In this document: one piece after another, positions 9,412-19,651 of the stretch
Layout of the letters: each line of letters begins with the position of its first letter
Position numbering within the stretch: the stretch's first letter is position 1
Source of the DNA: a virus
Virus record (IMG/VR): IMGVR_UViG_3300019487_000026
Coordinates: 1 to 64,000 of that record
DNA length: 64,000 nucleotides
Direction: 5' to 3' (one strand)
Notes under the pieces: generated by a model
Databases searched by the model: none
The model's input: only the letters and a program-made list of their open reading frames with translations
Told to the model about the DNA's origin: nothing
Position numbers and translations under genes: made by a program

Positions 9412-10765
9412 TATATTGGCCTTTGGTGTATTTCTTGAGGATTTCTTCAAGTTCAGAGATGTAAACCTTACGGCGATTAGGTTCACTAGACAACAGGCTA
9501 TTGTATTCCTTCAGTTGGGTTTCCCCCTCTTTGATTCTGTCTTCATTTTTCAAACGTTCTTCCTCAGTAAAGCGATATACAGCAAGATCAGCAATATAGT
9601 CGAGGTTCACAATACCAATTTTAGTGAACCAATCCTTGAGTTCTGCACGAGACGACAAAGTTGCTGAGTGCGCGGACGCTCGATTTTTAATTGCTGTTCG
9701 GACATCGTAGTATTTACTAAGGTCTTGTTTGAGAAGATCTCGCAGTCGCTCATACCGCTGCACATACCACGCTAGTCGCCAGTCGGTAAACGCCTGAATG
9801 AACGACACTGGTTCAGCATTCAGAATTGATTGCCCATCAAAACTAACGACGTTGAAGTTCTCAATATGACGGATCGTCAGTCCAAGCTGTTGTAAGGTTT
9901 CTTCCTTCGTTTGTCCACTCAGAATACCCTTCTTGAAGCGAACAACAATGTTGAATTTATCCTTTGAATTGTCAACGACCCGAACAATAGTGTTGTCTTC
10001 AACAAGTGCATCTAGTTTCTCGATTAGCTTGGCATGTAGTAGACCGTATGGGAGCTTAGTAATACGAACAGAGACCCCATCGACGTCTTCATAGTCGCCA
10101 CTATAGTAGTAAGCGACACCCCGTTCTGTTGCTTCCGTCTTATGAGCAGCCGTTTCGAACGGTACAGGAGCCATAATTGGACGGAAGGTTGGCATTGGAT
10201 TCTTGAGTTTCTTTTCTCCTCGCAGATGTTCTAACTGAAGCTTGATAATATCATTAAGGGTGCGAGGAAGAATGTACGTCGCAAAGCCAATAGCAATGCC
10301 CTCGGTTGGATTGAGGAGCGCAATTGGAATTAGCGGGAGAAAATGAACGGGCTCCATCAACGTGCCGTCATAGTTCTCTTGCATTGGAATCACTTCGATG
10401 TCTCGAAACACGACATCGTCGGTAAATTTCGAAATCGCAACGGACGTGTATCGGCTTGCACCGTAGCCCTTTGGTTTCAGTAACGTACCAAACGCGCCAT
10501 ATGGCTTCAGAAGAGGAATATTATTCCCGTATCGTGCTGCTAGTGTGTCAACAGCGGTTTCGGGACTTGCGTGTGGATGGATTGGCATGGTTGCACCAGC
10601 CAAGACAGCTGATTTGAATTTATCGCCACTTCGTCCTGTCCATAAAACGCGCCGCTCAGCAGACTTTAAGCCGTCAGTAGCGGCAGGAATTGCTCGCATA
10701 CGCATAACGTATAACGAGTAGTCTCGGCGTTGCCTATCAATATAGGCAGAAGATTGTGGTTTCAT
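9404..10765 (-). CDS. Type IIA DNA topoisomerase, medium (GyrA/gp52-like) subunit
   Basis: RAIP..DGLK..RR, HPH, GAFG, ASRYT catalytic Tyr, GIAIGFAT. Confidence 0.93.
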   Translation of the reverse strand: MKPQSSAYIDRQRRDYSLYVMRMRAIPAATDGLKSAERRVLWTGRSGDKFKSAVLAGATMPIHPHASPETAVDTLAARYGNNIPLLKPYGAFGTLLKPKGYGASRYTSVAISKFTDDVVFRDIEVIPMQENYDGTLMEPVHFLPLIPIALLNPTEGIAIGFATYILPRTLNDIIKLQLEHLRGEKKLKNPMPTFRPIMAPVPFETAAHKTEATERGVAYYYSGDYEDVDGVSVRITKLPYGLLHAKLIEKLDALVEDNTIVRVVDNSKDKFNIVVRFKKGILSGQTKEETLQQLGLTIRHIENFNVVSFDGQSILNAEPVSFIQAFTDWRLAWYVQRYERLRDLLKQDLSKYYDVRTAIKNRASAHSATLSSRAELKDWFTKIGIVNLDYIADLAVYRFTEEERLKNEDRIKEGETQLKEYNSLLSSEPNRRKVYISELEEILKKYTKGQYND

Positions 10766-11076
10766 AGGTTCAAAGGCTCACGCCCCAGCGAACGATCGAT
10801 TAGAAGACACATCTTTCTGTATAAGTCATAGGTTTCAGCAGCAATGGCGCTCGGATCGACGATGTAAGGCCCACGACCATTGAACACCTGGTCTTTTATA
10901 ACGAACCCGTCTTTGTCGTACAAATCGGCGCATGGAATGTAACGTACATATCGCACAACTTGACACGTATCCTCAACAGGAGATTCACGAATATTAGCCC
11001 AACACAAGTCCTCGATTTTTCCACCAAGGTACTTGAGCTTACGTTCAAGAAATTTTAGTTCAATCGGTTGTTCCAT
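10762..11076 (-). CDS. Hypothetical protein
   Basis: Coupled ORF within the operon. Confidence 0.65.
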   Translation of the reverse strand: MEQPIELKFLERKLKYLGGKIEDLCWANIRESPVEDTCQVVRYVRYIPCADLYDKDGFVIKDQVFNGRGPYIVDPSAIAAETYDLYRKMCLLIDRSLGREPLNL

Positions 11077-11083
11077 CTAACTG

Positions 11084-11782
11084 TCAATCGTTTTGAGTCC
11101 CAAGGTATTTGCGAGCTTGCGTAAGGAATTCACGAATGTGTTTTGGCTTGTAGTTCGTATGCTCAACACACATATTGATATTCCATGCCATCGCCAATTT
11201 ATCGTGGATGTGGCCATGAATGTTCACGCACTTCGCAGGAACATTATCCATAGGGTAATGGGTAAGGAGCAACTGGTACTCCATATCTGCGGCTGGGACA
11301 TCGATTACATGGCATAGATGGCGCTCGTCGAATGCTAGATCGAACACAGTGCCATCACGATGTAAGTCGTGATTGCCAACAATCTGAATCTTGTATCCTG
11401 GGAGCTGGTTAAGGATATGATTGATGTCGTGCTCCTTCATAAAACCGATATCACCGCCAAAGATGCAAATGTCTTGTGGTTTGACAACTCGCTGGTAGTT
11501 GCCAATGAGGCAAGCATTCATCAGGCTACGGTCTGGAAAGGGACGATTACAGTACTTGATAATGTTTCCGTGGCCAAAGTGAATGTCGCTCCACAGCCAG
11601 ATATCAGTTGTTCCAAACGGGTCGAGCGTTCTGGGCTTTTCTACACCATCGGCAAGTTTGGTTTTGATCCGTCTCCACGCTTCGATGTTTCGGACCTTTG
11701 GTGTCGTTCTACCGTGGTGAATATCTGGGTATTGGAGATCTTTGAGGTATAAGTCTTTGAGTGTTTCTTGAGTAAGTTTCAT
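11084..11782 (-). CDS. Calcineurin-like metallophosphoesterase
   Basis: SDIHFGH, GD, GNHD, HYP, HGHIH; start uncertain, a TTGCCC-17-TATAAT promoter lies just upstream of MKLTQ. Confidence 0.85.
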   Translation of the reverse strand: MKLTQETLKDLYLKDLQYPDIHHGRTTPKVRNIEAWRRIKTKLADGVEKPRTLDPFGTTDIWLWSDIHFGHGNIIKYCNRPFPDRSLMNACLIGNYQRVVKPQDICIFGGDIGFMKEHDINHILNQLPGYKIQIVGNHDLHRDGTVFDLAFDERHLCHVIDVPAADMEYQLLLTHYPMDNVPAKCVNIHGHIHDKLAMAWNINMCVEHTNYKPKHIREFLTQARKYLGTQND

Positions 11783-11838
11783 AATTTCAGCATTATATCT
11801 GATTAGTTGATTTGGGGCAACTGGAGAGTGAAAGGCTC

Positions 11839-13767
11839 CTATTTTTTGTCTGCTGTCAACCAAACCTTTCTCGCATCAGCATCTTCGCTGAACAGAAGCG
11901 AAAGTGTGTTTTTGACTTTTCCGTCATCGATGATAGGAATCAGTGTGTCAGTCTCACCCGACAGTACCATTTCCCAATCCTCTTTCCACATTGAGCCAAG
12001 ACCCTTCATGTACTCGATTGACCAGCCTTTGTACTTATCTTTCTGTCCCTCGTATTCAGAACGCCGCGAAAAGTGCTCTCGTTTTTTACCCTTAGAGGCA
12101 ACAACGTTTGGCGCAACTAAGCGGTAGACAATCGGCTCATACTGTTTATCGAACAGTTCAGGCCAGAATTGATGGAATAGATTAACAAGCAATGTGAAAA
12201 TATCATCACCGTCATAGTCTGCATCGGTTGCAATAATGATCTTCCCATAGTTTAGCTGACTTCTGGATACTTTCTTGCCTGGCGTGAGTCCAATGACGGT
12301 CAATAGGTCTTGAAGCTTTTCCATTTTCAATACTTGAGCAACCGATGAATCGTAAACATTGTTAATCTTGCCACCAAGCCAGAACGAAGCCGTTGTTTCT
12401 GGATTGCGCGCTTCGCTGATCTGACCTTGTGCACTATCACCTTCCACGATTAACAACTGACAGGTACTACGAACGGTACCAGTTGCATCCAAAAGCCTTG
12501 CAACGGGTTTCCTTCGATTGGCTTTCAGTCCTTCGATCGCATCTTCATCTTCTTTGCGTTTGTGGCGCTTTTCAGCACGATCGATCACTGCTGTCAGCCA
12601 GTCATTGTTCTTTTTAGCAAAAGCCTTCCATTGAGAATCGATCATATCAACGAAATCTTTTCGAAGGTCAGGAGCGGTTAGACGAGTTTTCGCCTGACTA
12701 TCATATTCTGGACTCTTCACTTTGAGATTGGCGAGAACCAAAAGGCCTTCCTTAATGTCATTTCGTGTGATTTCGCACTTGCGTTTTGTCGCTTCTTTTG
12801 CCAAGTAAGCTGTCGTGGAGTCAATGAAAGCATTCAGGAATTGAGCGTTGCATTTGCCGCCATCGAATAGCAAGGAGCTATTGACCCACGTAAACATTTC
12901 CTCTTTGTCAGTATTGTTCACACCCAACATCACGTAGAACTCACCTTGAACATTTTCTGTGTTGATTGTAAACGCGAAGTAAGTACCTTTGTCGAAGAAT
13001 CCGCCAGAAGCAAGTCGCTCAACGTATTCTTCGAAACCTTTTTTATAGCGAATTCGCTCACCGTTGTACTCAACTGTGATATCAGGATTGGTCAATGCAA
13101 TTTCGTGCATTCGATTCTTGATCAGAAGTTCAGGAAGCTTTACAGTCTTAAAAACCCCCTTGTCGAGTGTAAAACTTACAGAAGTTCCTGTTTTCGAACC
13201 ATTAACTTCCGAAACTTTTGGTCGTTTTATATCCAAACCACCATCATTGAACTGTTGAGCATAGTGTTTACCATCACGATAAACATCAACCGAGAAGTCG
13301 GTACTACAGAAGTTCGTACAGGCAGCTCCAACGCCGTTCTGTCCAATCACGCCAATGTCTTTTTCGGTCTTAAAGTTGCGACCTGAACGAAGTCGACCGA
13401 GAACAAGCTCGGGAACCCACGTGAGATTGTCTTCGCGATCTTTTTTCTTTTCAATTGGAATGCCACGACCATTATCTGATACAGTATATGTACCTGTTTT
13501 GGGATCGGCATCAATCTTCAAAAGTTTGATTCGTGAATCAATCTGTGCAAATTCATCCAAACAGTTATCAATCACTTCATTGATCGCTTTGTACACTGCA
13601 GGAATGAATTCTACTTCTCGAAGCTTCAGTTGATCTTCGGACAAAAGCGGAACTTGGTAGGTAGTTGGATGCATACTACCAAAATAAATCTGTGTTCGTA
13701 AACGAACATAATCACGATCGCCAAGATCTTGGATATCCTCGGCTGTATAAGCCTTTTCACGAGGCAT
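11839..13767 (-). CDS. Type IIA DNA topoisomerase, large (GyrB/gp39+60-like) subunit
   Basis: EVIDNCLDE, DNGRGIP, GQNGVG, VEGDSA, TDADYDG, KGLGS. Confidence 0.95.
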   Translation of the reverse strand: MPREKAYTAEDIQDLGDRDYVRLRTQIYFGSMHPTTYQVPLLSEDQLKLREVEFIPAVYKAINEVIDNCLDEFAQIDSRIKLLKIDADPKTGTYTVSDNGRGIPIEKKKDREDNLTWVPELVLGRLRSGRNFKTEKDIGVIGQNGVGAACTNFCSTDFSVDVYRDGKHYAQQFNDGGLDIKRPKVSEVNGSKTGTSVSFTLDKGVFKTVKLPELLIKNRMHEIALTNPDITVEYNGERIRYKKGFEEYVERLASGGFFDKGTYFAFTINTENVQGEFYVMLGVNNTDKEEMFTWVNSSLLFDGGKCNAQFLNAFIDSTTAYLAKEATKRKCEITRNDIKEGLLVLANLKVKSPEYDSQAKTRLTAPDLRKDFVDMIDSQWKAFAKKNNDWLTAVIDRAEKRHKRKEDEDAIEGLKANRRKPVARLLDATGTVRSTCQLLIVEGDSAQGQISEARNPETTASFWLGGKINNVYDSSVAQVLKMEKLQDLLTVIGLTPGKKVSRSQLNYGKIIIATDADYDGDDIFTLLVNLFHQFWPELFDKQYEPIVYRLVAPNVVASKGKKREHFSRRSEYEGQKDKYKGWSIEYMKGLGSMWKEDWEMVLSGETDTLIPIIDDGKVKNTLSLLFSEDADARKVWLTADKK

Positions 13768-13775
13768 TCGTACTC

Positions 13776-13988
13776 CTATTTTTGTGAACGTTCATTGATC
13801 AAACCCGAAACAACTGTTAGAGCATGTTCCAGAGCTTTATACAAACCGTAAACGGTAGGGTTGCCAGCCTTTCCAGATATTTGTGTAAGGAGAGACATTT
13901 TTCCGACAATTTTGTCGCGTTCAGCATTAAGCTGGTGCAGGGTCATTGTGTGCCATTCATTGGCACGAATTTCTGTATCTTCACTCAT
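13776..13988 (-). CDS. Hypothetical protein
   Basis: Coupled ORF. Confidence 0.65.
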   Translation of the reverse strand: MSEDTEIRANEWHTMTLHQLNAERDKIVGKMSLLTQISGKAGNPTVYGLYKALEHALTVVSGLINERSQK

Positions 13989-14413
13989 TTTAGGTATGTA
14001 GTTTCCCTTATTTCCGAACTAAGGTCAAGACCAACAGTTCGTTTGATTCTATTTTTCCAGATCCAAAACCGTTTTGCATGTCCCATACTTGTGTGGTGTT
14101 GATGTTCCCAAGCATGTACCATTTCGTGAACTAATGTATCCAGAAACATCTTTTTTGTTGCAAATGTTTCATTGATCGTGATGTTGATACGCCGGGCGTG
14201 CGTCTTGTCGTTGACGATCCCTTCGCATGCACCCCACGCTCCACGTAATTTGTCAACCCGAATCGCATCAGGACGATGCAGCCTACCATAAAAAACAGCT
14301 GCATTCAACTTGCTCCACCAGCGTCGAACAAGTTGTTCACTGACAACTATGCGAGACTTTCGACCAGATTTTAGATGTTTCTTGACATATGTACGTGCTT
14401 CATCGTGTGTCAT
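13985..14413 (-). CDS. SprT-like zinc metalloprotease
   Basis: TLVHEMVH..GH..F. Confidence 0.8.
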   Translation of the reverse strand: MTHDEARTYVKKHLKSGRKSRIVVSEQLVRRWWSKLNAAVFYGRLHRPDAIRVDKLRGAWGACEGIVNDKTHARRINITINETFATKKMFLDTLVHEMVHAWEHQHHTSMGHAKRFWIWKNRIKRTVGLDLSSEIRETTYLK

Positions 14414-15410
14414 TGCAATACAGCTTTATACGTGATGCAGCTTCAAAACCATCACGTGTATTGTCCTTCACAGAGCGCAAGACATATAGTAAGCCGTATT
14501 TGACAACCGCTTCACTCATATCCTTGCATGATCCAATGTCGGGTGTTGAAACGCTCCACCCCAACTCTAACGCTTGCTGTGCCAGGCGATGTCCATCACC
14601 GAATCGATCAGGAATAACAACTTTTGGTCGTCGTGTTTGATTGATCCAACGTATTTGGCCTTGTGTGATCTTGCTGCCGAACACTGCAACGCCTTTCACC
14701 GCATAAGCGTCAAAGAACCCTTCCACAATATACAACGGATTGTTCGTGTCCTCAAAAATATAATCGTACCCAAATAGCACATTTTCCCGCGATATTGGTG
14801 GACTCCTATATTTATCCGGGCGAATCGCAGCCAAGTCGCGGCCTTGATAGAAAATCAATTTTCCCTGTTTATACACTGGGATAATCAACCTTCCGTACCA
14901 TTTACTTTCATCTTTATCTTTTGACTTGCGAACAAGATAGAATTGATGATCTTTACACGTCATTTGACGTTGTTCTACGAGGTGTTGATTCGCACAAACT
15001 GCCCACTCGTCGTTTGGATCATCGATCAATTGGTAAAAGTATGACGGAAGTGCAATCTCAGTAGGTTCGATATCAGCAAGAGGGGAAACTCGTTCGGTGC
15101 TCTTTCGTGGGCCATCGCGTAGGTTCTCGAGAACCATCCGTTGCCAATCTTCTCGGGGAACGTCAAACGCATCAAGAACTGTGCGCATGTCATCAGGAAC
15201 AGATTGATGAATCGATGGGTCGTAGATTGCAGTATGACCACAATTGAAACAGTTGTAGCCAACCTTTACGCCATCAAAATTGAACCCTGCTCGCTTGCCC
15301 TTGCGACCGTGGTCATTACACACCCGACACAAAACGGAAAACCACCCACGGCTATTTCGGCGATGGGACAAAGAAATGTGTTGTCGAATTATTTCTTCAA
15401 GAGAAACCAT
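14400..15410 (-). CDS. DNA primase (T4 gp61-like)
   Basis: C..C.D..K.R..YNCFNCG zinc finger; RLIIP, QGR, KY; TOPRIM VEGFFD, PD.., KD. Confidence 0.88.
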   Translation of the reverse strand: MVSLEEIIRQHISLSHRRNSRGWFSVLCRVCNDHGRKGKRAGFNFDGVKVGYNCFNCGHTAIYDPSIHQSVPDDMRTVLDAFDVPREDWQRMVLENLRDGPRKSTERVSPLADIEPTEIALPSYFYQLIDDPNDEWAVCANQHLVEQRQMTCKDHQFYLVRKSKDKDESKWYGRLIIPVYKQGKLIFYQGRDLAAIRPDKYRSPPISRENVLFGYDYIFEDTNNPLYIVEGFFDAYAVKGVAVFGSKITQGQIRWINQTRRPKVVIPDRFGDGHRLAQQALELGWSVSTPDIGSCKDMSEAVVKYGLLYVLRSVKDNTRDGFEAASRIKLYCNDTR

Positions 15411-15432
15411 GATGGTGTATTATACACCATGT

Positions 15433-16107
15433 TTATTTGGCTGGCTCGCTAACCTCGGGCTTTGTAACTTTTGAATGGCGAACCTTTTTCTTGTCCGACT
15501 TTCCGTTTGTCTGTGCAAGGTGTGCGATCATTCTGTCGAGGCGTTTCCGAATTTCGGGGGAGTGCATCCACAAGTCCTCACCACGAATGATTTTATTAAA
15601 CTCGTCTTCGGTCAGAAAGGGAATGTAGATCTTTTTTGCGAGCGCAGAGAACCATTTCGTTGTTGCGTCAAGCTGCGCGAACATTTCTTGGCCCTTACCA
15701 ACGACACCCGACTTGAAGTTATGGAACATTACCATACAGTGATCGTTAACAACCATCTCATCACCAGCAAGAAAGATAAACGTTCCAAGAGAGAATGCCA
15801 TGCTTTCAAGGACCGTCACGATTTTCGCTTGTGAGTTTTGCATCGCATTGACGATTTGGACGCCCGTGTCAAGCCGACCGCCTGGAGTGTTTAGGTGAAT
15901 GAAGATGATATCGTTAGATGCTGCGGTCAGCATTCGATGGATCATTTCAACATAGTCGTGTGGCTCACCAATTTCATCGCTCAAGTAGAAATGAACCTGA
16001 GAGGCACAGAACGTTTGCTCAAACGCCATGAACGGTCGTTTCTTTGGAGGTGGTTGTTTCTTGTCGTCTTCTTCTTCGTTCTTTAGACTATATTGATAGG
16101 AAAACAT
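15433..16107 (-). CDS. clpP: ClpP-like protease subunit
   Basis: HLNTPGG, A.S (nucleophile), MFHN, EDLW. Confidence 0.8.
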   Translation of the reverse strand: MFSYQYSLKNEEEDDKKQPPPKKRPFMAFEQTFCASQVHFYLSDEIGEPHDYVEMIHRMLTAASNDIIFIHLNTPGGRLDTGVQIVNAMQNSQAKIVTVLESMAFSLGTFIFLAGDEMVVNDHCMVMFHNFKSGVVGKGQEMFAQLDATTKWFSALAKKIYIPFLTEDEFNKIIRGEDLWMHSPEIRKRLDRMIAHLAQTNGKSDKKKVRHSKVTKPEVSEPAK

Positions 16108-16152
16108 TGGCGCTCCTTCTTAGGCCAATGTATTTACAGGGGAAATTGAGGG

Positions 16153-16527
16153 CTAAACAAACTGCGATTGGGTAATTCTTGGGCCGTCTGCGTATTCAGT
16201 TATCAAGTCTTCCTTGCGGCCAGGCATGCCTGATAATGCGGCCGCTTGGAGCTGATGTTGTTTGATTCGTAGATTTGTATGGTCGTATTCGGTTAAGACG
16301 AACAAAAAATCATCAACTTCTTTGTAATCGTTATAGATGTAGCGGGTACCAATCATGGTGAACATATCACGATGTTTACGAACAGCTTCTGGAAGTGACA
16401 GTCCTGTATGATCTTTGATCATTTGCTGCATTGCTTCGAGATGGTCATGCGCCCTACGCCGGTAGTAATCGGCACGTCGCTTGTCCATATCGATCTCTTC
16501 CTCAATCTGACGTTTGACCATGATCAT
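16153..16527 (-). CDS. Hypothetical protein
   Basis: ORF downstream of the tmRNA terminator; start uncertain. Confidence 0.6.
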   Translation of the reverse strand: MIMVKRQIEEEIDMDKRRADYYRRRAHDHLEAMQQMIKDHTGLSLPEAVRKHRDMFTMIGTRYIYNDYKEVDDFLFVLTEYDHTNLRIKQHQLQAAALSGMPGRKEDLITEYADGPRITQSQFV

Positions 16528-16536
16528 CACTGTGCT

Positions 16537-16562
16537 AAAAGGAGAGGGCTTTCGCCCTCTCC
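16537..16562 (-). terminator. Terminator after tmRNA
   Basis: GGAGAGGGC-GAAA-GCCCTCTCC-TTTT on the minus strand. Confidence 0.9.
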
Positions 16563-16819
16563 TGGTAAGTTGGATAACAAGGTTTACCAAACCCCGCTGT
16601 AAGGTTAGCAGCCGTTAGGCTGCAACTCCGTAGAGTTCCTCAACAGTGTACGCGTTTTCATCGTTTGCGTTTACGTTTTTGCGCCGATTACGTCAGTCGC
16701 CTGTCGCACTGTCCCCGTCGTCTACAACGTCAATCAATCCTATTTCGGGCCCGTTGATGGTGGACCCGGCCGGTACCGCCCCGGCGTCTTGTCCGCTTTC
16801 GGGACGCTTCACACAGTGA
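16563..16819 (-). ncRNA. ssrA: Two-piece (circularly permuted) tmRNA; tag ANDENAYTVEELYGVAA*
   Basis: T-arm and CGGGTCC-A-CCA (3' end at 16758) precede GGGCCCGAAATAGGATTGA (5' end at 16752); G3.U70 Ala determinant; tag frame 16668-16615. Confidence 0.93.
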
Positions 16820-16855
16820 TCAGGTATTTATACTACGAAAACTCTAAAAGGTCAA

Positions 16856-17101
16856 CTAGTTAGGGACATGAATTCTTGTGCCGTTAGCACATTCAATAGT
16901 GTAGCCGTTTACAGCACCGAATTCAATGCTTTTGACCGTTGACTTCTCCTGTTTACAAAGATTGTCAACGAATCCCGGACGGAGCTGAGAAACATGATTC
17001 TGTGGGACTGACTTTGTTTCGGTTGCTCGATATAGAGAGAGGTTCATTGCAATCAAAAGTGGAACTGCGAGAATCAACACTCCCATAACGATTTTATTCA
17101 T
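16856..17101 (-). CDS. Small secreted or membrane-anchored protein
   Basis: Hydrophobic N-terminus; two Cys. Confidence 0.65.
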   Translation of the reverse strand: MNKIVMGVLILAVPLLIAMNLSLYRATETKSVPQNHVSQLRPGFVDNLCKQEKSTVKSIEFGAVNGYTIECANGTRIHVPN

Positions 17102-17102
17102 C

Positions 17103-17606
17103 TCATCCGCCTTTCTTTACACCTTTTGTGGTGGCCCAGTTTAAATCCAAGTCTTCGGCATATTCTTCGACGGCGTGAAGCGGTGTAGTAAACGCTGGCA
17201 GCTTTGTATAATCAATATCGCCAAGATCGTATGAAAAAGTGATATGGGGCTCGTACGTTGGAAAGTCGTATGTTGCTCCGTGTTCGGCCATCAGTTCTTT
17301 ATGTCGCTTTACGAGTTCGGGACAATCAAGCAGAAGAACCAATGCTTTTGTGGATGGACCTTCACCTCTAGTCTGAAATACTGTGAAGCCTTTCGGATGA
17401 CACGTCAAAGAGATTGGTCCAGCAGGCTTATAGTTCGGTAAATGTTTTCGACTATAAAGAAGTGTTGTATGTACTTTGTCAGGACGAATTGCATTCGGTA
17501 ATTTATTTTCACTGATATATTTGTGAATGGCTCGTTTGCTAGGTGTATCGTAGCGAATACCTGCGTACGTGCCGCGTGCTTGTTCAAAAAGATCTTCAAG
17601 TTTCAT
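17103..17606 (-). CDS. acb1: 2H phosphoesterase, T4 gp57B/Acb1 (anti-CBASS nuclease) family
   Basis: GTYA.., HTTLLYS, ALVL.L.., HGATYDFPTYEPHITFSY; start MKLEDLFE. Confidence 0.85.
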   Translation of the reverse strand: MKLEDLFEQARGTYAGIRYDTPSKRAIHKYISENKLPNAIRPDKVHTTLLYSRKHLPNYKPAGPISLTCHPKGFTVFQTRGEGPSTKALVLLLDCPELVKRHKELMAEHGATYDFPTYEPHITFSYDLGDIDYTKLPAFTTPLHAVEEYAEDLDLNWATTKGVKKGG

Positions 17607-17781
17607 CGCTGTCAAGTGCCTGTTGTACTTGTTGTTTTCCGAGCCGCCGGTGGTGCTTGCTATGTTGCCGTTTCCACATACGACGATTCTCACGAGCCTC
17701 CCGCTCGATTTCGTAATTTGCTTCGTCCTCTGCCTCGAGCTTACGTTGCAAGTGTGCTTCATCTCTTGACGTTGGCTTCAT
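17596..17781 (-). CDS. Small charged hypothetical protein
   Basis: Overlaps both neighbours; GAAGG SD. Confidence 0.6.
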   Translation of the reverse strand: MKPTSRDEAHLQRKLEAEDEANYEIEREARENRRMWKRQHSKHHRRLGKQQVQQALDSDET

Positions 17782-18839
17782 TTTACACCTTCAAAGCCCG
17801 TCAGCCCTGGTTTCAACTGGTTAGGTACGACTGGTTGTCCGTACATCCAGTGTTTTGTGGTCTGAATATGGCCTTTCCTTACGTATTTACCAACGACATG
17901 TCGAAAGTCACGCATGTGGAACCTTTCATCGACACGGATAACGTACCCCTCTGTTTCGTGAGTTCCTGCGAGTCGTTGATAAGCATCTCGAATTGCTCTT
18001 TCGTCATAAGTTCCCCAGTAGACCACTGGGCAGGGCACAATCGACAGCAACGTAAACCATTCGAGTGTAGACCCCCAGTCAAGAGAATGATTGGAGGAGT
18101 CCCAGATTGCGAAGCCATAAGCGTATGTGTCAAGATCTTTATAGGCAATTGAGTGCTTCGCATAGACATTCTCCACATTGATCCGCCATCCTTCAGGAAT
18201 GTCGGCACAGATTCGTGCATGAAACGCCTTAATCCAATTACGAGACGGATGCCCGCCCGACGAAACGCTTCGTGCATGGATGTGATCGTTATACATTGTT
18301 GTGTTTTCTCCGTCGAGCTTTTCCATAACGATTACTCGACGACCGTCAAACACTTTTGTGTCTTGCATCATTTTGTCATCGTCGTGCATACCAGGCGACC
18401 AGGGAAGGTGCGAGGTTCTTGGATATTTGACATACTTGACAAATTGAGCGAGGTGGTCTGGCAAGAGAATTTTCTGAACACTTTCGTCGTGAAATAATTC
18501 GCCAGCAAATCGACGATCACCTTCGATAATATTGCCCCACTTATCATATTGAACATCATCATAAAAGTGAGGAGGAAGAATTTTCTTCGTAATGCCACAC
18601 TTCTCACGAACCTCCTCGACAGAGAGGAATGTGCTCTCACAATCAAGGTGATGAGTAGCACAAACAGAAGCACCGTTCGAAAGAAAATATCCACCGCATT
18701 CACCCCACAGACGGCGTTCAAGTATATGGTGTGCGTCCACAGCAGGTGCCCCACAGAAGACACAGCGCCCCCGATCACGCTCAAAGACGCGTTCTCTAAA
18801 CTGTTCTCTTGTTAGCAGTGGTTCGCTGATTGTTGACAA
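17778..18839 (-). CDS. RNA ligase (ATP-dependent nucleotidyltransferase family) with an N-terminal HNH-like domain
   Basis: RD..RCVFC..DAHH..C..HH; KYPRT.HLPWSPG, EKLDGEN, EGYVIR, KYVR; start uncertain. Confidence 0.85.
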   Translation of the reverse strand: MSTISEPLLTREQFRERVFERDRGRCVFCGAPAVDAHHILERRLWGECGGYFLSNGASVCATHHLDCESTFLSVEEVREKCGITKKILPPHFYDDVQYDKWGNIIEGDRRFAGELFHDESVQKILLPDHLAQFVKYVKYPRTSHLPWSPGMHDDDKMMQDTKVFDGRRVIVMEKLDGENTTMYNDHIHARSVSSGGHPSRNWIKAFHARICADIPEGWRINVENVYAKHSIAYKDLDTYAYGFAIWDSSNHSLDWGSTLEWFTLLSIVPCPVVYWGTYDERAIRDAYQRLAGTHETEGYVIRVDERFHMRDFRHVVGKYVRKGHIQTTKHWMYGQPVVPNQLKPGLTGFEGVK

Positions 18840-19554
18840 CCAGTTTACACCACTCGATAAAGTCCTCATCGCTGCTACTCCGTTTCATTACGTTGATCTG
18901 CTTGTGCACCCACTGTATGTTGCCAGCTACATATCCTTTGGAAGAGTTGATACGATCCAAAGATGCGGTAGACTTTCTATTCCACGACGTCCCGAACTCT
19001 AACACCACTCCCGTCAAAACACACTTACGTTCTTGCTTTATGAACAGTTCCCACGCGTACTTGGGAGTTATGTTGAACACCAAGCCACGTTTGTGAGCGT
19101 TTATTTTCCACAGGTCCCATCGTGAACCGTATATCTCTTCATATCCTGTAAAGTTACCACTTCGCCCGTTGGTTTGTCTCACCTTATGAAAGTGTGGACA
19201 TCCTTTTTTACCGCAAGTTTTGCGTAATCCTTGTTGAAGTTTGCGCAAGCTCTCCCTTCCTAGGTTACCACAATCACACCGCACTTTCATCCACCAATCT
19301 TTTTTGATTGGATCGTGTTCAAAACTTTCAATCGTCAAAAAGTTGAACTTGTACCCTATTAGGTCTTGTTTTGGTTGTCGTTTGAACGGCCTTTGTCGTT
19401 TTTGTATCGATAGTTTTTGCAAGGCAAGGTTCCGCTTGACTGCTTGTTCTCCCGCTCGAAAATGTTTACAGAGTTGTTTCAGTGTGACGCCTTGTTCAAA
19501 CAAGCGTTTCAGCTCTTGTGGATTTAACTGTCGGTATCTTTGCTTGTTGTTCAT
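18796..19554 (-). CDS. Free-standing HNH-type homing endonuclease
   Basis: CDCG..TCG, SLDRINSSKGYVAGNIQWV..IN.MK; TATAAATA and AAGGAG upstream. Confidence 0.85.
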   Translation of the reverse strand: MNNKQRYRQLNPQELKRLFEQGVTLKQLCKHFRAGEQAVKRNLALQKLSIQKRQRPFKRQPKQDLIGYKFNFLTIESFEHDPIKKDWWMKVRCDCGNLGRESLRKLQQGLRKTCGKKGCPHFHKVRQTNGRSGNFTGYEEIYGSRWDLWKINAHKRGLVFNITPKYAWELFIKQERKCVLTGVVLEFGTSWNRKSTASLDRINSSKGYVAGNIQWVHKQINVMKRSSSDEDFIEWCKLVVNNQRTTANKRTV

Positions 19555-19651
19555 TGATGAATATCTCCTTATGGTGGTTGTATAGCTATTTATACCACCG
19601 TACAGAAATAAACGCCCTCTCGGAACTGATCACGTGTTAGTAATTGAGCCA

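Noticed and set aside
16528-16590. N-terminal extensions in the ORF track (here, and 59751-59897, 62666-62749, 17607-17762)
   Set aside because: They run through a terminator, a tRNA or an upstream gene; better-supported starts lie downstream.
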